From NCBI GenBank assembly GCA_010093605.1, contig MU004192.1, forward strand, positions 1,693,464 through 1,757,463: 64,000 bases of DNA, read 5' to 3'. Positions 51,927 through 62,287 of the stretch are shown piece by piece; position 1 is the stretch's first letter, and each line of letters opens with the position of its first letter. Both the position numbers and the translations under genes were made by a program. The notes beneath the pieces are model-generated. The model was not told the origin of the DNA. It was given only the letters and a program-made list of their open reading frames with translations, and did no database searches. Source of the stretch: Lophium mytilinum (taxonomy: Eukaryota).

Positions 51927-53825
51927 ATGGAATCCACAATGGCACCCACAGCGGCACCCACCCTCCACACCATTCCAAACGAGATGCTATTGGAAATGTC
52001 ACAATGGATGTCTAACTCTGATCTCAAAAATCTCGTTCGGACGCACTCCAACATCCACGTATTCTTGCAGTCGGAGCTACACAAGCGTGCCCTTATGGAC
52101 AGGCCTGGCTGCAACCACTCTATCCGTTACCAGGCAGTCTGCACATGCGAGCGAATCCCAGCTCTTAAATGGGCTATTCGCAACGGTGACAGTCGTCTAC
52201 TCCAATACCTCCTCCATCACCAAGCGAGTGGCAAGTCTCAGAACGGGCATTGGCCGGTCGTTGATTGGGCGGTCGAGTTTGGCGAGTGCGAATCTGAACT
52301 CCTCATTGTGCTTCTACACTACGCACAGCGCCTTGGCAGAGACTGTTGGACTGAAAAACCCCAAACAATATCGGATGAGACAAGCTGTTTGAGACAAACC
52401 CATCTGTAGCCTATATCAGAAGAATCAACCCCCTCCTAGAGGAGGGTATGGGTTTCCGTATTTCAACAGAGACCGCAATATTGTCAAGGACCAGATGACG
52501 AGCTTGCTGGAGAGACATCTTGAGAACTTTGGTAGTTCTCGGGTACCAGTGGAGAAGTCCAAAACCCGAACTCGATTCTACTGGTCATATTTTCTGTCTA
52601 AAGCCGATTTGAAAGTGGTGAGTCTCATAATACACATTTAGGGATTGCACAGGTCATGATCATTCCTAACCTCTAACAGGTGAGATTGCTACTCCAGCTC
52701 GGAGCCAATCCTATGGCTTTGTCCCCGAGACGGAACTGGTCATATACCACTACCCATCCATTGACTCCTAGTCCCTACATTTTCGGAATCACGGTTCCGA
52801 AGATCCTCAAGGAGTTCATAAACCACGGAGTAAATCTCTCATGGTTCTCAGGCGCGGGTAACATACTATGGAACGCCGCGAGAAAAGCTGATTATCCCAT
52901 TGTCAAGACTCTGCTTCAAGCAGGGATGGATCCAAATGTTGGCGGGCCGACCAACATGTTTCATCCGCTGAATTGCGCACTGGATGTTCCTGTTAGAGGG
53001 TTTCTTGACACGACCGAGCGCCGAATGGTTGCAGAATTACTCATTGAGAAAGGCGCCGATCCCAATGTCCCTTTTCCCAACGGCGATTACCCAATACATA
53101 AAGTCGTCGTAGACTTTCAAAAGGGGTCCATAGGACACCTTATACCCGATATTTGCCACGACGAAGACTTTCAGAGGATTAGTCGAGAGCATTTCACGCT
53201 CCTCATATCTCGCTGCTCGAACATCGACGTGCAAAACAGCGCTGGGAAGACGGCTCTCCACGTAGCATTCGAACGTCAATGTTCGCATGGGTGCACTAGC
53301 GGCCTGGGTTATGTACAGATGCTGCTCGAAGCTGGGGCGGATCCCTTCCTGCCAGATCACTCGGGCGAAACGCCATACGAGTACGCTCTTGGTGAAGCCC
53401 ATTCCGACTGCTTCCACCCTTTCCTCCATTTCTTCACCTCGTGTGCGCTCAAAAGCAACCGCGTGCAGCTGATCCCGGCAAAGGTCGTGTACGAGCAAGC
53501 TCACGCCGAACACTGTCTCAAGCTGCACCCAAAGTACAGCTACTATGATGGACAGACACCATTGGATCGACACATCCGGTCAGACACGGTCAGAATATTC
53601 CTGGACGTTAAGCATGCCCTGGAGGAGTTTCCATGGACTGTGGGGCCGGTAGGACTAAAGAAGCTGTACCGGTCGTTCTGGGAGCAGCATGGTGGAGAAA
53701 TTTTGAACCCTGATTTCGAGGATGAGGTACAGATGGTAAAATGGGGTGAACTGTGCAAGGACTTTCCAGATTGGGCGCCGGGCGATTGGCAGAAATGGCG
53801 GGAGGATCAGGCGTGGATGAAGTAG
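51927..53825 (+). pseudogene. F-box-like + ankyrin-repeat gene, paralog of 859-2645, interrupted by an insertion
   Basis: LHTIPNEMLLEMSQWMSNSDLKNLVRTH matches the first copy. Same phase-0 intron position (52618-52679). Exon 1 is frameshifted by a 130-nt insertion, giving a premature stop at 52407-52409; removing it restores RLGRDRNIVKDQ (paralog: RLGKNRNISKSQ). Confidence 0.82.
52344..52468. mobile_element. Solo-LTR-like insertion (125 bp) with 5-bp target-site duplication
   Basis: Begins TGTTG and ends CAACA (inverted termini); flanked by GAGAC at 52339-52343 and 52469-52473; absent from the paralogous gene. Confidence 0.85.
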
Positions 53826-54325
53826 GTTGACAGATGCTTCTACCAAACCCCTGTGACCATATCGGGGGCATTTCGATATACTTCAAGTGGCTCTGTAAGT
53901 AGCGTGGGCCCTAAACGGTAAATATGTCAGGTCGAGAACATCAAAGCAATTTCACTCAAAACGCGGTGGTCCAATCAATATAGACACGTTTCTTTCACGG
54001 ACGGTTCGTGAGTCGGTGATGGCTTGCTATTCTTTCTCGGAAGCCTTGTTTATGTCTGCCCTGACGGATCGATGCCCCCCCCAACCAAAATTGTCTCTAC
54101 CTAGGCAATTAACCTCTTAGCTGCGAGGTCATATCCATATCTTGATCTAAAGTAAACACAATGCAGTAAAACAGAGCTCCGTCACAGTGCCCGCATAAAC
54201 ACCGGTTACAGCAATGGATCATAGAACAGAATCAGTGCCTAGGCCCGACCTTCAAAAAACAGACATTACGCCTGCATACGCATAAGACTCATCCAGCAAG
54301 AATAGAAATGGAATTTACGGCTCTC

Positions 54326-54868
54326 TCAAGACCACTTCCCTTGTTTCAGGAGCGGCGTGAGCGTCTCGGGATTCCTCCAAGAAGTACCTGCGCATTCCTC
54401 GCATCGCAAGTGATAATCGTCCTCGCGGTGATTGTAGCACACCCCCGCCGTATCATATGCATGCAATTCGTCACATCTGCAGCATCTCCACCATTGCTCT
54501 GGTATTCGCCTCGGAGACTCAGACCGCGGTCTCTTTCCATCCGGAGTTGTGGTGGTATCGGCACTTGCATCGGCTCTGATCTCTGCACTCTCCTTTTCGA
54601 ACCTAGCAGCGACGCCGGAAAGGATCTCGCCATATCCCTCTCCATGTAATCTCTTGTCTTTAGGCGTTGGTCCCCCTGAGAAGTCGTAAGGGGTGGGCTT
54701 GAGCCACTCCGGGTGCCCTTCGGGAAGCTTCTTAGCGGGCTCGGGCTGTCTCAGGACTTCGTCGGCCCTGGACTTCGATGGCATCTTTCCTTTGTCTTGC
54801 GAGGATCTTCGTTGCTTGTCTTTTGCTGGATCTTTTCCATTTCTCTGTGAGAATTCCCTTGAGGACAT
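54326..54868 (-). CDS. Hypothetical protein, disordered N-terminus with C-terminal Cys/His zinc-ribbon-like motif
   Basis: 180-aa ATG ORF in good context (CAAAATG); C-terminal WWRCCRC..C..H.RCEEC. Confidence 0.6.
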   Translation of the reverse strand: MSSREFSQRNGKDPAKDKQRRSSQDKGKMPSKSRADEVLRQPEPAKKLPEGHPEWLKPTPYDFSGGPTPKDKRLHGEGYGEILSGVAARFEKESAEIRADASADTTTTPDGKRPRSESPRRIPEQWWRCCRCDELHAYDTAGVCYNHREDDYHLRCEECAGTSWRNPETLTPLLKQGKWS

Positions 54869-55756
54869 TTTGGTAAGGTTTTGAGGTTGTGAGGTTTTAC
54901 GCTTCGAAATTGAGCGAATGGGAAATGACGTGTATGGTATGGCTTGCTCTGAGAATGAACCTGAAGCCTTTATGTCGAGCGATAGAAGAGCAATCAGTGA
55001 CTAGCAAGTAGTGAGTGCTAAGAAGCAAGCAGCAATTATGTAGTATCCTGCTTGTTCTCACGCGGTCGATTGTATGCTTTCATGCTCTGGAAACTACCTC
55101 AGAAAGCATAAACTGCTTAGTTTCACCAAGTCGAAGCGGCTCTACTAAGTTCACACCCTAATGTCAACTCAATCCACGAATTAAGGTCCCACCATTGTCA
55201 CGTGACAAGTCCAGCCAAGTCCGAGATTTTGCGATTCTAGCAACTAAGTATGCTTACATGTCTACACTATGAGACTTCGATATAAAAATAGAAGGTTCCC
55301 AGGACTCTCAATGCTTTAATGCTGCACCTATACACCATGAGTTTATCTTTACCTAGTCCACATCCGATTAGCGGGGTGAGGCAACTAACAAATAAGCAGC
55401 ACCCCGCCTCCATCCTCTGACTACATTCATACATCCTTCATACACGTTGTCAAGACTCATCGTACGAAGGCATCGCAGCTGTGGAACGTTGAGCAAACCC
55501 AAATACGTGACTAAACCATTCTTGAGCAAAAAACCCCGCTATCTCAAACCCGAGATTTTCGTTTTCAAACCCGATTGTTCTTACTTCGTATATATATTTT
55601 GCGTCACTCGTCTATTTTCAGCGCTCTTTGGTCTCCAAGGATCTCTCTTGCAGTTTCATCACTCTCAACTCTTTGAATAAGAAGACTTCTTATATTCTAG
55701 ATTTCATTATCCCTCTCAAGCCTTATCATCTCGCGATCTAGTCCACCAACCTCACC

Positions 55757-57273
55757 ATGAGTCCCGGCACAATCCTTGACTCCAAACCCGAATCCCACCC
55801 CAATCGCTCATCATCCAAGCTCCCACAAACCCATACCCAACTTGACCGCCTCACCGCCGTGCTCGTTACCGCCCGCGAACGATACACCAGCGCCAACCCA
55901 ACGTCATCCCGCTTGCACGTAGAAGCAACATCGCACCTCCCTGGCGGCAACACCCGTTCAGTCCTCCATGCTTCTCCCTTCCCTCTTTACATGACTTCCG
56001 GAGCTGGTAACACGCTACTTGATGCTGACGGCCATCGTTATCTCGACCTCGTGGGTGATATGACCGCCGGCCTCTTCGGGCACTCGCAGCCCAAGATCCA
56101 AGAGACACTGGTCAAGACCATTTCCTCCGTAGGACTCAACCTCGGTGCTACGACGTCCGCAGAAAGCCAATTCGCCGCGGTCATTAAGGAGCGGGTGAAG
56201 AGTATTGAGCAGCTGCGCTTCTGTAACTCCGGGACGGAAGCGAACCTCTATGCCCTCAGCATTGCGAAGATCCACACCGGTCGCCGTAAAGTACTGGTCT
56301 TTAAAGGTGCGTACCACGGCGGCGTATTGGGGTTTGCGACAGGTGTAGCAGTCAACAACGTCGACCGGGACGAGTGGGTGATTGGAAAATACAACGATGT
56401 TGCGAGTCTGAGGGAGCTGGTGAGGCAGTACAAGGGCGAGTTGGCAGCCGTGCTAGTCGAGGGGATGATGGGGGCTGGGGGATGTATACCCGGATCAGCA
56501 GAATTCTTGCACGCTATACAAGAGGAGTGCAGATCGGTAAGTCAATTTGAAACTAATCTTCTCATCGCTCAATCCTCTACGAAACTCGAATGCATGCCTT
56601 GATGGAGATCCCGCAATACTAATCCCCGTCTCAGAACTCCCTTCTCTTCATCCTCGACGAAGTAATGACCTTCCGCCTCGCCCCCTCCGGCCTCCAATCT
56701 ACTATCCTGCACCCAACCACCAACCAGGCCCTGTCTCCCGACCTCACCACCCTCGGCAAAAACATCGCCGGCGGCATCGGAATAGGCGCTTTTGGCGGCC
56801 GCGCCGATCTGATGGCAGTCTACGACCCCCGCACGTCGTCAGTCCCTCACTCTGGCACTTTCAACAACAACTCGCTCGCAATGGCGTGTGGGCTCGTTGC
56901 CCTGCCATCCATCTACACGCCCGCCGCTTGTCTTGAGCTAAACGCGCTCGGCGACGAACTGCGCGCGAAGTTGAACGAGATCGGCGCGGGGACGAGGATG
57001 AAGGTCACAGGTGTCGGTGCGGTCAGCACGGTTCATTTTATGCCTGACCCCGCGGCCAAGATACGGAGTGTAGAGGATCTTGAGGCTCAGAAAGGAGGGA
57101 TAGAGGAATCATTGAGGGAGTTGTTCTACTTCTTCGCAATTGAGAAGGGATACTGGGTTGCAAGGCGGGGGATGACGAGTTTGATACTCGGCACGACGCG
57201 CGATGAGGTGGACGGGTTTCTGGGGATAGTAAGGGCATTCGTGGAGGAGTACCGGGATTCATTGACGATTTGA
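55757..57273 (+). CDS. Class III PLP-dependent aminotransferase (glutamate-1-semialdehyde aminomutase-like)
   Basis: LPGGNTRS, DADGHRYLD, RFCNSGTEA, AYHGG, ILDEVMT, PDLTTLGK (PLP Lys), HSGTFNNN; intron 56537-56634. Confidence 0.92.
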
Positions 57274-57344
57274 AGAGAGCGAGAACGAGGTTACTTCCGA
57301 AGATGAGAGTTCGGGATGATTCCTAGCGGCTCACTTGAGTGAAA

Positions 57345-58280
57345 GAAAGGGACCACATCTGAGATCCGCAATGTACCCCTTCATGTGCCCTCTGCGCCTG
57401 CCAGAATTCTTCTCTCGCGGTTAGATCCGTAATCTTTTCCAATGAAAGGGACTACGTTGGGTGCACGTAGCGTACCCCTTTGTGTACCCCTTTGGGCACC
57501 CTTCGCGCTTACTAAAATCCTCTCACGCGGTCAGATACATAACTTCTTCCCCTAAAAAGGACTACGTTAGGTAACCTACCCTCCGCACCTACTGAGATCT
57601 ACTGACACAGTCAGATCTGACACTTCTTCTACTTAAAGCGACTACGATACCTATACGTAGCGTGCTCTTTCACCTGCCCTAAGTTACTGTCAAAAATTCT
57701 TCCTCCGCGGTTAGATCCGTAATTTCTTCTAACAAAACCAGAATTCAGTGTACATGGTTAGATCGGAGACTTGTTCCAATAAAAGAGGCAATTGGGTGCA
57801 CGTAGCGTACCCCTTAGCGTGCCCTCCTCGGCTACCAAAAGTCCTCTCATGCGATTAGATCTGTGACTTCATCCAATAGAAGGGACTACATTAGCTATAC
57901 CCCACGTATCCCCTTGCGTGTCCTCTACGTCTACCAAAGAAATCTTTCACGGTTAGAACCGTGACTTCTTCTAATAAAAGAGACTACCTTAGGTGCACGT
58001 AGCGTGCCCCTTTGCGTGCCCTCCGCGTCTACCAAAATCCTCGTACGCGTTTAGATCTGTAACTTCTTCTTATTTAAGGAACTACGTTAGGTATACGTAG
58101 CGTGATCCTTTGCGTGCCTTCCGTGTCTATTTCGACTTCTCTTAAGTAGTCAAACCCGTAAATTCTACCTATATGAAAGGGACCGCATTAGATATATATC
58201 ATGTACCCCTTCACCTGCCCTGCACGCTTACCAAAATTTCTCTTACGCGGTTCGATCCGTGACTTCTTCCAATAGAAGCA
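57345..58280. repeat. Degenerate tandem array, about 10 units of roughly 98 bp
   Basis: Recurring GCGGTTAGATCCGTRACTTCTTCYAAT..AAAGGGACTACGTTAGGTRYACGTAGCGTRCCCCT..TACCAAAAT; anchor positions 57423, 57533, 57613, 57713, 57760, 57857, 57955, 58053, 58152, 58253. Confidence 0.9.
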
Positions 58281-60402
58281 CCAAATGTTCAATCGACTCT
58301 CCATCGCCGTCGCGCCGAAAGGTCACGAGACATATTACCGTTAAACATCATCTCTCCAATATCTGATCCTCACCATCCACTCTAATCACCACAGCAAAGC
58401 CCTACTTAACTTTACCTCCTCTACGCGGTTATTCCCATCATCTCATACTGCTGATACTTACCACCACCATTTCCCGCCCAATACCTCCTTTTCCCCATCA
58501 ACTTCTTCGTCGACTGTGATTGAAACACATCATGACCTGCCTATCTCCCGTAGTCGCCCACATCAACTTCCACTAGGAACGGTTTTGCTTCCAGACCTCC
58601 CCCACTGCTCCATATGCAAATCTGTTCGTCATTTTGCTCGCCCCACCGCTCTCCCATGCCGCAGAAACCTCCTCTCATACTCCTCTCTTATATCCGCCGC
58701 CGACCCCCAGCGCACGTGCCCCTCACGTGCTCTCCACCCAGACCACGTGAACCAGCGCACCTCCCTCTCACCATCTCAACACCCAGTCGCCAACCCAGAT
58801 TCTCTCGCCCGCAGGTGCTACCCCGCGCGGCTCAAAGAGATTCAAAGCTCATCCTTTGCAGCTGGCTAACCCCCAGATCTCCCATCCCCTGCTCAGCCTC
58901 CCACACCCATCCCGTCACCAGACCCAACCCACCCCCTCTCCCTCCGGACGGTTCTCCGCCGGTCGGGCTGGACGCATCGAACTGTGGAGAGGGAGGCTGA
59001 CAGGGCCCGGCAGTCTGGCCAGAACGTCGAGATGTCGAGATGTCCTGCATCAACGTACAGTACGTAGGCGGAGAAAGCGTCATGTCATGCATTGCCGTCA
59101 GCAGGTAAGGGAGCCAGCCGCGGCCCGTCGGGCTCGAGCGGACCGCGCTCGTTCCCTCAGAGAGCGCACGGGGAGGAAGAGAGCCGGAGGTCGTTCCTGA
59201 AGGGTGCCCGGCGGAGGGTGTGTGGATGGGAGGACGATTACGCAACAGCTCCGGTCCGAGGGAGTGGTGGGAGGCGTGAGTGGTGAATGGCGGGAGGCGG
59301 ATGCAGAATGGGGGGATGTGTGAGTGTTGGATGGTGGGAGGTGAATGGTGAATGGTGGGAGGAGTGTTGCGTGATCTAGGATTAGAGTTCTTGGATTCCG
59401 GCATACATGCAGCCCCAGCCCGGGGGTTTCAGATGATCCGTAGGCCCGGACTCAGAATCTTGGGATGCAATGCTGGGGGAGGGGTGATTTAGATGAAGCG
59501 GGGATCAGGGGTTGCAGGGCTGAGGGGGTGCAGAGGGAGTGCGGAGCGGGCTCCGTGGATCAGGAGGGGGGATGGTTAGATAGAGGAGAGCCAGGTGCAC
59601 CCGGCTGTTTGGTAGGGAACATGTGGGCAGCGGGAGGACTGAAAAGCTGGGGTTCGGCTGGGGGAAGCACGAGCGGGAATACATCGAAGTACCTAGAGTT
59701 GACTCGTGTATACCGCTGTCGTCGGGACCCATCCAGGCCGGTCTCAGATCATCCGAGTCAGGACACCTACACGTTGGTCAGAGTAGCAAGAAGGCGTGTT
59801 AAAGGCTGCGAACCTTGACAATAGTAGAAAGACAAGGCAGGTAGGGCATGTAATTCCTATGACATTTTGAAAACTCTATAAACACCCATCGAGGACGTGA
59901 TAGCAAAAATAACACAATAGAAGCAGAAGCGCGGATATCAGACAAGAGAGGAGATCCCCAACCCTTGACTTGGTATCCAAAAAAAAGGAAACGTCTAAGG
60001 AATTAAAAGAAGACGTTGACGTTGGTCGTTCCGTAATCTCGATTCTATCAACAGAAAATACCGAATCCCGTAACATAAACCAACCAGCCATCAACACCGT
60101 CTATAAACAAGAAATGAAAACAAAACACGCCATGTAGGCTTCCAAGAAGGACAGGGATGGGGTGTATCCGCGCATGCTGAAGTACTTTTGTTGTGCTAGC
60201 CTTTTTGGCTGCAACCTCAAAACGCCATGGTAGAGAGGGAATTAAGGGAAGTAAAGAAAGAAGCGTCAAGTGATGGCAATAACGACAAGAGAGAAGCAAT
60301 ATAGCGACCTTACCAAGTCAATCAATCGTTTAGAACACCACCCATATTCTCGTCAGTGGCCGTGTAACCGGGTATATGTACCAGGGAAAGGGAATTGCGA
60401 GC

Positions 60403-62287
60403 TCATGATAGGAAGCCAGCACCTGCAACGTTTACGTTCGGGCCTTGGAGGTTGTTCGGCCCTAAGCCCATGGCAGCTAGGTGGTTCATCCTCAAGTCCG
60501 GGTTGCATGGGTTTGAGTGTCCGCGATGGTACTTGAGACCGTTAAGGTTCTTGTAGCGCTTCCCACAGTGTTCACACTTGTATGGCTTCTCTTTCTCCAT
60601 TCCAACGGTACCGGGGTATGGGATCGACGTCAGGGGATCTACGATGGAGAAGGTGCCGTCATCGTTTTCCTTGAGCTGCTGGTTTTGGTGGCCGTGCTGG
60701 GATGCATTAGTACAAAGTCTAATCTGAATATTGCGATGCTTCCGCTCTGTGAATCCTTACCACTTTGTGATACTTGAGGCCATTCTGGTTCTTGTATGCC
60801 TTTTCGCACCCAATGACAGGACACCTAAATGGCTTTACTTCCTCCTGGAATTGCATCGGCGCCATGTTCAAATTGCCCGACGTGATCTGCTGCTGGCGCA
60901 ACTTGGCGAACTCGCCGTTGTCGTTGCCCATCTGGTAGTTGTTGAAAGCCATCTGCAGCTGCTGCTGGTTGGGACCACCCTGCTTGCTGTATAGCCGCTT
61001 CGCGGGCTGGTCAATGGTCCCGTCGAAGTTGGAGATGCCGTTCTGAAATCCAAAGTTGAAATTGTCGGACCCCTGCATCATTCCCGCGCCCATTTGCATG
61101 GGTAACCCGGCAAAATCAAAGTCTAGCAGCTCGGCAGGCGTGCCAGGATGCGACGAGTCAGGTGATGACCGATTTTGCTGCTGCTGCTGCATGGTTCCGA
61201 GGGTCGGCGTGTTGACGGATGAAACAGTGGGGTTGTGTTGCAACCCGAACCCCTGATGTCCAGCCGCCGGCGTGCTAGGGGTCGAAGTACGTAAACCTGA
61301 GTGGGCTACTGTGTTGGCAACGTTCACGTTAAGCTGTGGTAATCCGTTGCCAGTGGGAGTGTCGTGGGGTAGCTGGTAATTACCGGTCAATGGGTTCTCA
61401 TCGATCTGCGGAAGAGGATCCGCATCGTCCATCTCCATGTCTTCCAATGAGTCCATATCCTGCACCGTCGATAGATTTGTCCTGTTGAAGCCGTCTGAGC
61501 CTATCCGCTGCGACCTGAAGGTGCTCGCTGGCGTCGCCGTGGGTGTTCGGAAGCCGTGTTGTGTCTGCGTGGTCGAGTCGGGCTGGGCCTGGACTGCTGG
61601 AGCTGCTCCGGACGAACCGTTTGCATTGCTGCTGCCAGGCAGTCCTCCCTGCGCAGACTGTGATGTTCGCAAGTTCGATGGGTTAGCGTGCTTCTCTTCG
61701 TAGTGCTGGAGCAGCTCGTGCAGTGTGTCAAGGACGAGCCCACAGCACGAAAAGTCCTTCATGAAGTTGGCCTCCATTTTCGGCAGATATGAAGACGAGT
61801 GATACGAGGGCGATTGGTTGAAGGCAGGCGAGGTGCCTCCCATGAAGATACTGTAAAACGAATTGTATTAGCAGCTGGTATGGCGGCGAAGTGGGACAGG
61901 TGCCGAGTTGGTGGCACAGGTGAATAGAGGGACATACTCGTCTCTGATGAAGCTGCCGACGGAAACGCCGCCCCAGGACATGCCGCCCATGAAGCTGCCA
62001 TTGTTGCTCTCTCGGCGTGGGCGGTCTTTCATGGAGATGGGACGAGCGCCTGAGCCGTAGTAAGAACCGCCAAGACCGTTGCTGATGGAGTCATGGCGCC
62101 CGCCCACGCTCAATCTACCGTCGCGGGATTCCTGGGTCGCTCCTCCGATATTCAGGGCTGAATCATGGTAGTCGTGAGCCGATGCACCCTGGAGGGCATA
62201 GGTCAAGTTGCTGGCCGGGTTGCGTGGCGAGGTCGAATTGAAGCGTGGTGGCGTGGAGATGTCGATGGGCGAGGCTGCTGTGGCCAT
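60403..62287 (-). CDS. SFP1: Split C2H2 zinc-finger transcription factor Sfp1 (first in-frame ATG at 62287; frame stays open to 62695)
   Basis: GGMSWGGVSVGSFIRD, FMKDFSCCGLVLDTLHELLQHYEEKH, KPFRCPVIGCEKAYKNQNGLKYHK, KPYKCEHCGKRYKNLNGLKYH; introns 61937-61851 and 60760-60697. Confidence 0.93.

Noticed and set aside
2941..55207. CACGTG E-box motifs (e.g. 2942, 12219, 13538, 55199) as SREBP/sterol-response sites
   Set aside because: Short palindrome found inside and outside the cluster with no consistent promoter placement.
57345..58280. CRISPR array
   Set aside because: Eukaryotic context, no cas genes, and the whole unit is repeated and degenerate rather than identical repeats with unique spacers.
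58500..59820. Overlapping low-complexity ORFs and short TGGTGAA/TGGTGGGAGG repeats
   Set aside because: ORFs are explained by C-rich then G-rich composition; no coherent gene model could be built.
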